Source of the DNA: Phyllobates terribilis
Taxonomy: Eukaryota
DNA length: 64,000 bases
Assembly (NCBI RefSeq): GCF_046119375.1
Contig: NW_027362761.1
Span: 117,552,001-117,616,000 of the forward strand
Direction: 5' to 3'
The position numbers and the translations under genes were made by a program. This document shows positions 51,947 to 64,000 of the stretch, one piece after another. The notes beneath the pieces were generated by a model, which was not told where the DNA came from, did no database searches, and saw only the letters and a list, made by a program, of their open reading frames with translations. The stretch's first letter is position 1. Each line of letters opens with the position of its first letter.

Positions 51947-54329
51947 ATGACAACTTATTCAATATGATGACCTAATGTTATCAAATTCTGTGTCGTACCT
52001 CTAGGTTCAAAATGTTCATGATACCCCTTGATAAAATCCTTGAGGGGTCTAGTTTCCAAAATGGGGTCACTTGTGGGGGTTTCCACTGTTTAGGCACATC
52101 AGGGCTCTCCAAACACGACATGGCATCCACTCTCGATTCCAGCCAATTTCGCGTTCAAAAAGTCACACAGTGCTCCTTCCCTTCTGAACCCTGCCGTGTG
52201 CCCAAACAGTGTATTTTCCCCACATATGGGGTATCAGCGTATTAAGCAGAAATTGCATAACAGTTTTTGGGGTCCATTTTCTCCTTTTACCCTTGTGAAA
52301 ATAAAAAAAATTGGGGCTAAAAGATCATTTTTGGTGAAAAACTTTGATTTTTTGATTTTTACGGCTCATTGTTATAAACTTCTGTGAAGCACCTGGGGGT
52401 TCAAAGTGCTCACCATACATCTAGATAAGTTCTCTGAGGGGGTCTAGTTTCCAAAATGGTGTCACTTGTGAGGGGTTTCCACTGTTTAGGCACATCAGGG
52501 GCCCCCCAAATGCGACATGGCGCTAATTATTCAAGCAAATTTTACATTCAAAAAGTCAAATGTCATTCCTTCCCCTCCGAGCCCTGCCTTGTGCACAAAC
52601 AGTGGTTTTCCCCCACATATGGGGTATCGGCGTGCTCAGGAGAAATTGCACAACAAACGTTGTGGTCCATTTTGTCCTGTTACCCTTGTGAAAATAAAAA
52701 AATTTGGGTCTAAAGTAAAATTTTTATGAAAAAAAGTAAAATGTTCATTGTTTTCTTCCACATTCCAAAAATTCCTGTAAAGCACCTGAAGGGTTAATAC
52801 ACTTCTTGAATGTGGTTTTGAGCACCTTAAGGGGTACAGTTTTTAGAATGGTGTCACTTTTGGGTATTTTCTGTGATAAAGGCCCCTCAAAGTCACTTCA
52901 AATGTAATGTGGTCCCTAAAAAAATGGTTTTGTAAATTTTGTTGGAAAGATTAGAAATCGCTGGTCAAATTTTAACCCTTATAATTTCCTAACAAAAAAA
53001 ATTGTTGCTTCCAAAATTGTGCTGATGTAAAGTAGATATGTGGTAAATGTTATTTATTAACTATTTTGTGTGACATATCTCTCTGATTTAAGGCCATGAA
53101 AATTCAAAGTTTGAAAATTTCACAATTTTCAAAATTTTTGCCAAATTTCCGATTTTTCCACAAAGTAACGCAAGTGATATCGAAGAAATTTTATCACTAT
53201 CATGAAGTGCAATATGTCACGAAAAAACATTCTCAGAATCAGGGGGATCCATTGATCTCTGGTCAGGGGGATCTGTTGAAGCGTTCCAGAGTTATTACCT
53301 CATAAAGTGACAGTGGTCAGAATTGTAAAAATTGGCCTCGTCATTAACGTGCAAACCACCTTCAGGGGTAAAGGGGCTAAAGGGATAATCATTCAATGTT
53401 TGAAAATTGCTAATTTTTATAAATAAATGCAAAACATATCGACCTAAATTTGCCATTATCATAAAATATAATATGTCACGAAAAACAGTCTCAAAATCAC
53501 TGCGATATGTTGAAACATTCCAGAGTTATTGCCACATTAAGTGACACTGGTCAGATTTGAAAAAATTGGCCTGGTCACTGAGGGGTTAAAGAAATATCTA
53601 ATCAATAAGGATAACATATTTCTAACATTTCAGCATTTTTTATCACATTTGTGCGTCAATCAATATCAATAAGGATAACACATTTCAAGTTTTTCAGCTT
53701 TCTTCATCGCATAGTGATCAAAAACACTGCAATGTCCAAAACATGTCATTGTTAATTTTATTTTTAAGTGGAAATTTTTTTTTTGTACTTTTGTAATAAA
53801 GCATCAGCTGTTTTATCTTTGAGAGCGGGGAGACTTTTATTTCTTTAATGATTGATTCACAAATGTGATCAAGATCATTTGAAACGTGCTATCCTTACTG
53901 ATTTTATTGATTGATGTAAAATTGTGAACAAGGATGCTAAAACGTTCTAAAAGTGTTAGCCTTTTTTTCCCAATAGGAGTTTTTGTAATACCTTTGTAAC
54001 AAAGCACTGGAAGTTTTATCTTTAAGAGCTTAAATATGAAAATTGACTCTTCAGAGAGGAAGTGGACTAGAACTCTAGCGCCACCTATTGGGAGCAGAGA
54101 TCCTAGAGGAACATGCATGGTTTATAACTCTCCTCACTCTGACATGCCAGGCTTAGCTTGTCACTCTCCACAAGGAGAAACGTTACATCTTTGAGAGCTA
54201 GAAGACTTTTGTTATTCCCTACAGCAATCAACAGAGTACATGTCCTAATTTTCCACTGCAGTTTAGAAACCCAGTAAATAAAAAATATTACAGGCTAGTA
54301 ATGAAGATTAAAATATCACCTTATTAACA

Positions 54330-56340
54330 TCAATGCTAAAAATCACTTGAAACTTCAATTTGAAACTTGACATAGATGGTCGTCTCACATGTTTCAAACT
54401 CTCAAGCGTACTTTTAGTGAAACTCATTAAGAAGTTCAAAGAATAAATGAATAAATACTCTGACAACTTCAGAAGAGTGTTTTATGAGAGAAAACCTCCC
54501 ACCAATACAATTTCGGTCACAAATCAGACACAAAAATAATCATCTCAATTATACATAGGCTGAGGTGACAAAAAAAGATAAATACAATAAAATAAAAAAA
54601 GAGACAAAAGAGGGGAACATTGAGCTCAATGAAGCCTAAAATTCAGATAATTATCTGTTACAAGACCACTTTTCATGAACTCCCCGGTGTTGTCTGAGAG
54701 TCCCTGACACCATGAATGTGAATAATGGCACTAATAGTATGTGTGGGATCCTTGTGCCATTATAATGTGTGTAGAGATCACATACTTCCCTTGCGCATAC
54801 CCATAGTGATAAGGTGACTAAATTAGTGCAGGATAGGAGGTGCGTCAGTCCCTTATGGGCCAGGAGCAATATGACTATGGGCAATGGTTGGCAAATGAGG
54901 TCTACGGCGCCTGGGACGGAAGTGGCCTCATGATGGTGCGCAATGGTTGATATAGAAGCCAGACTCTGCCGGATCAGATCACAGAGATAGAAATAAATTA
55001 ATCTGTGTCTAAGAAGATATCTAATATATTGGGGCCCTACATGGTATATTGGATACAGCTTCGTAGAAAGTTGAAAGAGTGATGAAAGAAGGGATACCTA
55101 CTTCGGATAGGCTGAATGTAAGACAAAAACACAAAGATAAAGAAAAGAAGAGAGGAGAAATGAGTGTCAAGTTCTCGTAAGTATGATATGTAGGGCTGGA
55201 TGAAAAATAACCATGGGACTGACTAATAAGCCTGATCATAGAGAGCGCAAACTGGATGGATGAAGAAAAACTAAAGAGTGGCCTATGAGAAAGAAGATAG
55301 ATGTATATCTATGATGGGTACGAACACAGAAGATGGTCATCTGAAGTGAGTAAAAGAAAAGGGAAATAAAAAATGCAACAAGACAATTCCAGACATAGTA
55401 GTACATTGTTACAGAAAGCATGAGATGTCATAGTCTCCATTTAGACACTTTGGTTCAAAGGTCTTAAGGTTATGGATCCAAATGGGTCTCTCTCTTTTTA
55501 AGCTGTTTGATGTGCTCACCTCTCTGGAAATTGCTCTACGACCTGCTGCAATGTGACTCTGTTCATGAAATAAGTGTTGGATGGGCAGATGGGTTCTCTT
55601 ACATCTTACATTCCACTTTTTTTGGGACATTTTGTCCCAAACTGGTTGAGTTGTTTCCCCCACATCTATGGCCAGAATGGCATTTTATGGCATAAGCCAC
55701 ATATGTAGAGTCACATGTAAAGTAGCCATCAGCTTTGATTAAATTATTCTATCCTTTGCATATGTAGGTATATCTAGGTGCTTGTCTAAAGCCTTCTTTA
55801 GCTTTAACTAGTTTATTCCTCATGTTGAGGGGGAAGAGATTTCTAAAACACGAAAGAAGTGATTGGAATTCTTCCACCGATGGGTAATCCTAAACTAAGG
55901 ATGTACCAGTGTTTTCGAATGAGTTTGTGAATGCAGTAAGAAAAGAAGTAAAAGGTGTGGACAAACAGGATACCTTTTTTTTTTAACGTGAACCGTTCTA
56001 GATGGACATGGACTTCTTCATTGTTTTAGTAAGCTCTCTGCATACTCTTTCAAAATTCCTGGCAGTGAATTGAAACATCTGCCATTTAGTTCTAGGGATT
56101 GAAAATCAAATCGAGTCCTTCTCACACAGCTTTGATACTCATAAAGTGGTTTGCCTTTTTATAATATAATTTTTAAAATTACCACAAATCATTATGTTGT
56201 GTCAGACACAAAACTCAAAATATTCTATTTTTTACCCCAACCCTTCAGTTGAAGGTGGTTCCCTGCTACTCATGGATGGGATTTGAAAACATGGGTTATT
56301 GGTAATCTGCTTTAACCATAAAATAATGATAATGGTCATG
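54330..56340 (-). mobile_element. Penelope-like element relic: RT C-terminus, GIY-YIG endonuclease and 3' region
   Basis: Minus-strand fragments HKLIRKHWYIL, TCDSTYVAYAIKC…VGETT, and the C-terminus LKRERPIWIHNLKTFEPKCLNGDYDISCFL* (ORF 55409-55663). Confidence 0.78.
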
Positions 56341-56699
56341 TAATTTTGCTATGTTACCCTCTCTATATGTATTTCTGCCCATTTATTGGATACATTCAAC
56401 TGATCTTGCACAGAAGTGGATGCAGCAAGGAACATTCTGAGGATCCTGAGACAGTCTATAATTTTAAGGGTAGGTTAATTTTAACATTGAGAAATAGAAT
56501 ATCCCCAAAAAAATCAAGAAAATCACATTGTATAAATTCGATAAATTTATTTGCATTTTGCAGTGAGAAATAAGTATTTGATTCCTCTGGCAAACAACAC
56601 TTAACGAGTTGATTAGGAGCGTCTAACTGGTCTGTAGGAGCCAGAACTCATAATGGTTTGTAGGGGATTAAATTTTTGTTAATGTTGATTTAGTGAGAT

Positions 56700-59316
56700 G
56701 CACCTGTATTCACTGCACAACGCTTATTGAATACTAACCAGCAAGCGTTTGAAAAGCTCGAAAAGAACAATAATACCAGCAAAAACAACCAGTCAAAGGC
56801 ACTTTCTCCTCCTGAAACCTCAGGCGCCTTCACGTCCACTCAGCAAAAGACCGGAATGTGGATGTTGCCCCAACCCTGGAGCCCTCGATGTGCCAAACTG
56901 TCAACTTGAAACTGAAGGAAGTGAATGGGAGAGGACATACCCCATGATGATTTCTGTAAAAACATGGTTCTCCAAGACTGAGATTCTCAGTGATCAACTA
57001 TTCATGACTTTGGTTCATAGCCTGGGCCTTTTTTGAGACCGCAAAGGATGACCTTGATAGGCTGCTGCAGAAAGCACAGTCGCTGTATGCTCACTTCCAC
57101 CGTTCGCACTTCACGGGTTATCGACTTGCATTTATACAGAGGTCATTGTGCCTACCAGTTAGCTGGTTGATATGTGATGTGCTGACACAGTGGAATTCCA
57201 CTCTGCACATGTTTCAGCGGCTGTAGCAGCAGCAACGAGCCCTGGTGCAGTATCTCTTTTTGCATAGCTCAGACCAACTCAGTACGGATGTGGTGCAAAT
57301 CACGCTTGCCGAGTTGGCACAGATGAAGGACCTCTGCACCCTTCTGCACAGTTTCGAAATGGCCACTAAAATTGCTAGCGCTGATGGAGCACACTTTGAA
57401 TAGTCTGGGGGAGGAGGTGGTGGTCCCAGAGATAGAGGAGGAAGCAGAGGAGGATGCGGAAGGGATAACAATATCTATAAGCTCCGGACTATCGTCGCAC
57501 AGGCGGGTGCAATGGGAGAGTGGATTACAGTGATTGAGGGGGGCTCATGGTACCTGACAAATTGTTAGTGAAGGTGCAGGAGCCAAGGAATAAATGGAGG
57601 AGGAAGAGGTGATGGCGCGCAACAGTCAGGAGATGAAGAGGATAATGATCCCCTCTTTGTTGTCTGTGGTTGACGAGAGGGGACGAAGGAATCAAGCTTG
57701 AGTTTTACCCCACCACCAGCTTGCCATGGACTTGGACCTCATGGAAGTGCCAGACACACGAGCGCCTTCTTGCTGCACTATCTGCAACATGATGCCCTTA
57801 TTGTTAGGATTAGAAATAGTGCTGACTACTGGATTGCCACTCTGTTAGCTCCACGGTACAAGAGTAAATTTTGCCAGAAGCTTTCCCCCCTGGAAAGGGA
57901 TGCGCCCATGCTGGAGTATCGAAACACCCTTGTAGACAATCTTAAGAGTGGTTTTCCCCAAGACAGCAGTGAGGTACAAAGTGTGCATAGCAGTTCTAGA
58001 CTTCCAACCCTGAGAACGTCGAGTCGTCAATGCAAAAACATTAGCAGCAGCAGAAGTGTAAGTGGCAAAGGCAATTTCTGTGAGTCGTTTCACACATTTT
58101 TTAGATCAGCCCATGCATCAGCAGAACAGAGTACATGTCTGACACAGTGAACTGGAGAGGCTAGTGCAGGAGTATCTCAAACTCAATATCAGGGGGGTTT
58201 GGATCCTTTTTCATTTTGGTCTTCAAAAATGAAATAGTGGCCTGAGTTCACCTGTCATGCCTTAGAGGATTTGTCATGCCTGGCAGCCAGTGTTCTCTCA
58301 GAATTTGTCTTCAGAAATGCTGGTGATTTTGCATTATTGCAGTCTGTGACACCTTTACCATCACTTCTGTGCTTGCTGTTGCTGCTTCTGCTGATGTTAC
58401 CAACAATTTTTGGAAATGTGGAGACTCCAAGTTGGGTCTCCATCTGGTGGGTTGCCGGTAGTGGAAGGGGTGTCAGAGCCCCATTATACTATTTCTACTC
58501 TGGGGGAATCGATGCCACTTTAGTTTTGTGTGGCAATAATTTTTGGAAATACGGAGACTCCTAGTTGGGTCTCCTTCATGTGTGTTGCCTGTAGCAGTAG
58601 GGCTCCCAGACCAGCATGCCTGCAACTGCCTGTGTTACTATCCTTAAATTTTTCAACAAGAGTAGTCTACGAAACTGATATTTGTGCCACCAGAGTGTGG
58701 CTGAGCAAAACAGCAGTTTGAGCTGTTGCATGAGGTATCGGGGCTCCCAGCACAGCAGGCCTACACCGATCCCTCACCCACCTCATCTTAATGTGAACTT
58801 AAATTCAAAGCTGTAAATGTTGGACCAGACCCTGATACCTCATGCATGGCCCATGGCTGACTGCTGCTGTGCCATTATAAAATCTCTACTGTGGGTCAAT
58901 TGATGCCACTTTTCCTGGTGTCTGCCCCTAATGTTTGGACTCCAAGTTGGGTTTCCTTCATGTGTGTTGCCTGAATTTGGCAGGGCTCTCAGAGCACCAG
59001 GCCTACACCTGTCACTCATCCACATGTTACTGATCATTGTTTAAGCTAGAAATGCTGGTCCCAGCCCTGTCCCAGGCCCTGTCCCATGCATAAATGCTGT
59101 ACAATTGTACTATTTGTACTCTGGGTCAATTGATGCCACTTTTCCTGGTGTCTGCCCCTAATTTGAGCTGTTTTGGCAGCTCTTAGGCCTCCCTGAAGTT
59201 GTTGTCTATGTGTTTGGTTTTGCCTCCCATTGAATTCAATGGGGTTGGGATATATTCGGCGAACATCGGGACGTTCGCTGATCCTAACCGAACCTTGAAA
59301 GGTTCGCTCATCTCTA
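56700..59316 (+). mobile_element. hAT transposon relic: transposase pseudogene, subterminal repeats and right TIR
   Basis: CDVLTQWNSTLHM at 57173-57211; YWIATLLAPRYK; DPFSFW…WPEF…SCLAASVLSEFVF (dimerisation domain ~58200-58325); right TIR GGTTCGCTCATCTCTA at 59301-59316. Confidence 0.88.
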
Positions 59317-60439
59317 GTTTTGAGACCGAAACATCTATGTTGTACTTGTTATATGGACTGCAATTAAAATCAAGAAGTACATTCATTTTGAGTGCCAAGC
59401 TTTTCCATATATTTTATTGTTTTATGATCCTTCTTCAGCACCAACCAGGAGTGCCGTGATTTGTTCATCTCCATTCAGAGAGAGACTCCAGCATGTCTCT
59501 CTCTCAGCAACAGCTCACATTTTGGCTGGCCACTCACCAGTAACACACTCAACTCTGCGCAACATCCAGCAGACTGGCACTGCCTCAGGAGACTGCCACT
59601 CCATGAAGCTACTTCCTGGTTCTTAGCAAAACCCTACAGGTGCATCTAATCAAGACCCTGTAAAGCTAAGATTTAACCCTGTCCTTCCCAGGTATGCTAC
59701 AGAGTATACGCCAATATCCCTTTAACAAATCATATTTCTCAGCTGTAGATTATCTGAAAGTTTTTCAGCTTCTGGATGTATATAAGAATGTTTTAATCAA
59801 TTAACTACAAGGAAACCAGAAAAATGTATACCTAATGCCATAATGAGAAAAAAATGCCAGAAATGTAGATTTTCAGTCACCATACTGCTCTAAAAATAAC
59901 AATAAATAGTGATCAAAATGATAAGCATTACCAATTGGTATAAATGAAAATGTCAAGTCGTCTTGCAAAAATCAAGTGCTAATAAAATATAAAAGTTTGG
60001 TATCACTTTAGTCTTACTGACCTGGAGTATAACTTTGCCAGGTCATTTTTACAGCACAATGAACACCGACAAAAACAAAACAAGATAAAAATAATTGCAG
60101 AATTCTTTTTTTTAAAACATATCACTGCACTTTTTTTTCCCCCCAATTTTTACATTCATTATTTGGTAAATTGAATGATGTCATTCTACACTACAACTCT
60201 TCTTGCAAAAAAATAAGCCTTAATGTTTCTGAGATGATGGAAGAATAAAAAAGTTATGGTTCTCGAAAGAAACGGAAAAAAAGAACGGAAAAGCAAACAT
60301 TGAAAATTGGCCTTGGCAGGAAGGAGTTAAAAATGGAATATGCAATATGAATATTTAATTGTTCTTATGAAGATGTGAATATTAGTTCCGCTAACTTTTA
60401 ATAGCATGTAGTACCTTTATTTCCTCCAACTGAACTATA

Positions 60440-61600
60440 CTATGCCGGAGTCTATGATTAAGATCTTTGTGTTGTAGCTTGAAACGCGTGAGAAGGGAAT
60501 GCCATCCATATCTTTTGTATGATGCCACACTGTTATGCTTTTATGGAGAAAAAAGCCATATTTTAAAAGATATCTGGAATTCTGGACATTTTCCTTTATT
60601 ATGCCATACGTATGGTTACAGAATAACCTCATATGTAACCTTATCCTATTATAATGAAGGGCTAAACACCTAACTCATTGCAGGGCAATTACCTTTGATG
60701 GTACATGAGTGAGTAGGTGCGATTGTGATCATTTTCCACATAGGAATGAAGCCAGACCTTTGAATGTGTGATCCAAAAACCCATTAGTGATGCTTCTCTA
60801 GTTAATAAAAGGGGCCACTAGCATTTTGGGTCTGAATGATGAAATGTGGCAGAATATATCTGAAGCCAACATATCGAGCAATGCAATAAATGTTGGACAT
60901 TTCCAGGCATAAAACGTTGTTTCCTATCAACCTCAAATACTTAACCTCATAAGTTCACCATATGGTTGTGCTCCATGAATGAACAGTGCTTTCCTATTAT
61001 TTCCAGGTGTGAGATGGTTAATTTTGACCATTCTATTTGCCATAACTGACGTCTTTATTGCTATCATATTAAAAACATTGGGCCGGCCATAAGATAGCAC
61101 TTATCAATAAACTAAAACATTTGTGTTGGCTCCTATTTATTGTCTCATTTTCTATAAATATATAACATATGTTGCTACATGTTTGTAATGTGATTCTCCT
61201 TGGCAACCATTTAGGAAAATATTAATTCACATTTTTTTTCTTCAGTCGGCATTATTACTGAGTTTCTGCATGCCACTTCAGAAATGATAGCTGAATTGGT
61301 TCCAATTTTCGGGGGGGGGGATAAAGGAAAGGAGGATTCCTTGATTTTCTCATGTAATTGTGTTAATTTGAGTAGGAAAATGTGCAAATGTGTAAAATAA
61401 CGTAGGACCATATTAGCTTTGGCACAGTGAACATTCAAGATTGCCCGTGGGATAGCTGTGAGTAAAACCACATGGACAAAATAAAGAATAATGTATGTGG
61501 AGCTATAAACAATAGGATTGGGTTTCCAGCCATGCTTTCCAGCCTTCTGAGTAGGGCCTGAGAGATTCATGCTGATAGATGACAGTTAAGTACAACGGGA
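60440..61600 (-). mobile_element. Second, older Penelope-like relic
   Basis: Minus-strand fragments CLEMSNIYCIARYVG and LLTREA resemble the PLE GIY-YIG region; hammerhead-like motif at 60451-60493. Confidence 0.45.
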
Positions 61601-62278
61601 TATATTTTATTAACATTCCTCAAACATTTGATAAAGAATACCGGTGAACTTTAGCCAATTCCAAATCAACTCAGGTGAATGTCAGCTATGGGATGTGCAC
61701 ACATATGTTACACATATACGTGTAAAGCCTTGAATGCTGACTACACAGTATGTGCTAGGTCATTTGTTTTCAAAGGAAAGTACAAATCTAGCAAAAAGTC
61801 TTATTAAGTATAATTCTTTGGATCTTCTTCCTAAAACAATAAAGGAATAAACTCATAGAGACTTTATTTCTATTATTAAAATGCATATACAAGGAAATAT
61901 TATATCCAGTACACATGGAAATCTGTATTGTCCAACTATAGCCTCATACACACAGTCTAGTGGTGTGCACCTTGCCATAGGAACCGCACATACAACCTTA
62001 TAGTGCCAATGATAACACATGTAATGCACTGAAGGACACAGACAGAGGGCCCCTGTGCAAGAACAGTATATGGGCCCTTTGGAGTCCAATAGTTCATCAA
62101 AATGCAAAATTCCACCTGCTTTGGAGGTGGAAAAGGCCCCCCTTACTGCTTGGGCTTCTGTGAGGCCGGACAGTTTGCACCAGTGATATGTCCTCATTTG
62201 ATGTGATGCAGGTATAGTATGGACCTATAAATAACTCCCAAATATCCATAAAATCCATAATATGGTCTTGATCATGAG

Positions 62279-63192
62279 CAGGGCCGGCATCAGCATCCGG
62301 CGTACCCGGGCAAGTGGCGGGGTCCTGGACCATCAGAGGGGCCCATTCGCTGTCGGGGCCCGGGCTGCTTCCCCGGCATCTGTGTAGTCAGGACCACCTG
62401 CGCTGCAGGTACAGTACACAGGGCCCTGCCTGCCCCCTCATCCTTCACATATGCAGACATACACACACAGTAGGCAGACATGCATACAGCACGCAGACAT
62501 GCACACACATACACACATGCACATGGTACACAGATATGCGCACATACAATACGTAGACACGCACATACACAAATACGTACACATATAGGCATACATACAT
62601 ATATGAATATTACTTCATAAAAACACATATTAAACGGACATAAATATATATACACAGTCATACACAGACATTTATATCATACATGCACACACACACACAT
62701 TAGAAATATTTTTAATATGGGGATTGGGAAGCTGGCAGCAAGCCTCACTCACCAGCCCCCAGTCTTGTCTCCAGTCCAGCTCCTCTGCCATTTGGCTGTG
62801 CAGGGCCGCCGGCGTGTCACAGACATGGGGCCCTGGACCATCAGAGGGGCCCACTCTATGTCCTGGCCCTGGCCGCTCCCCCTCATTTGTGCAGGACCTC
62901 CGGTGGTGTTTGACTGCCGGCACTTCAGACATGGCCGCACGCAGTGCGCTGTGCAGCTGTGTCTGCTACCAATGACACGACAGGGGTGACACAAAAGCAA
63001 AATTAAAGACGCAGTGTTGCCCCTGCCGAGTGCCGTGTTATTACTACTCGACACAGCCGCACTGCACACTGCGCACGGCCATGTCTGAAGTGCCGGCAAT
63101 CAAGCAGAGCCAGCGGTCCTGGCTGCCGACAGCGAGTGGGCTCCTCTGGTGGTCCAGGGCCCCGGGTATGCCGGGTGCTGACGCCGGCCCTG
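62279..63192. mobile_element. hAT-type MITE with internal (CA)-rich simple repeat
   Basis: TIR CAGGGCCGGCATCAGCA/TGCTGACGCCGGCCCTG; no clear TSD. Confidence 0.65.
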
Positions 63193-63505
63193 AGTGAAAA
63201 CCACTAAATGATCCACTTCTGGCAGGCAATCATTTGAATAGCCAGCATGTAATTCAACAAATGTAGCCAGATACATCATGTCTAGACAAAAATAACTGAT
63301 TGTCAGCAGTCAACGAAATGGAACAGATGGAATTCAATGCATCGGCTTTGTTTTTTAAAAATTGTATTGCCTTCATGAGATAACCCCCTACAAGATGATA
63401 ACTGTCAATGGTGGACAACAACTTCAGTTTTCCCATTTGACTATTGTGCTCTATGCAGTGCACAACTTGTGCAGTTAATCACAGTGCTTAGTTTCTGAGC
63501 ATATA

Positions 63506-64000
63506 CAGTGGTGGCCAAAAGTATTGGCACCCCTGCAATTCTGTCAGATAATACTCAGTTTCTTCCTGAAAATGATTGCAATCACAAATTCTTTGGTATT
63601 ATTATCTTCATTTAATTTGTCTTCAATGAAAAAACACAAAAAGAATTGTCCTAAAGCCAAATTGGATACAATTCCACACCAAACCTAAAAAAGGGGGTGG
63701 ACAAAAGTATTGGCACTGTTTGAAAAATCATGTGATGCTTCTCTAATTCGTGTAATTAACAGCACCTGTAACTTACCTGTGGCTCCTAACAGGTGTTGGC
63801 AATAACTAAATCACACTTGCAGCCAGTTAGCATGGATTAAAGTTGACTCAACCTCTGTCCTTGTGTGTACCACATTGAGCATGGAGAAAAGAAAGAAGAC
63901 CAAAGAACTGTCTGAGGACTTGAGAAACCAAATTGTGAGGAAGCATGAGCAATCTCAAGGCTACAAGTCCATCTCCAAAGACCTGAATGTTCCTGTGTCT
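63506..64000 (+). mobile_element. Tc1-like transposon 5' end, running off the window
   Basis: TA-CAGTGGTGGCCAAAAGTATTGGCACCC TIR; open frame from 63881, MEKRKKTKELSEDLRNQIVRKHEQSQGYKSISKDLNVPVS (paired-like HTH). Confidence 0.88.

Larger units (their letters stand above)
50092..53585. mobile_element. Large Kolobok-type non-autonomous element
   Basis: TTAA-CCCCATT start, AGGGG-TTAA end (duplicated end ~53376/53585); collinear with 4662-14525. Confidence 0.7.

Noticed and set aside
54385-54425. Additional hammerhead on the minus strand near the PLE relic
   Set aside because: Only GAAACATGT and a very degenerate core (TTCACTA) remain; too decayed to count.

Overview
Vertebrate genomic DNA, almost certainly anuran (frog), judged from the RAD23B protein and the repeat landscape; the species is not determinable from the sequence. 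The window holds one intact protein-coding gene, RAD23B, on the + strand: 10 coding exons from 15061 to 35479, 1248 nt, 415 aa, every intron GT-AG and in phase, with a CpG-island promoter and a long 3' UTR. The rest is dense transposon sequence: nested Harbinger-, hAT-, Kolobok/T2-, Tc1- and Tc2-type DNA elements and MITEs, a Helitron-like CCAAT/E2F palindromic array, a structurally complete but decayed DIRS1-like tyrosine-recombinase retrotransposon (45009-50014), Penelope-like relics and a hAT transposase relic. The most unusual signals are four. (i) MITEs from several superfamilies share a promoter-like central palindrome flanked by outward-facing, U1-perfect splice donors. (ii) One cargo cassette sits inside both a hAT shell and a Tc2 shell. 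(iii) Penelope-type minimal hammerhead motifs covary at the 3-8 tertiary pair. (iv) A short uORF lies at the probable RAD23B transcription start. All calls come from manual reading; no database searches were run, and TE family names are by TIR/TSD/motif type only.
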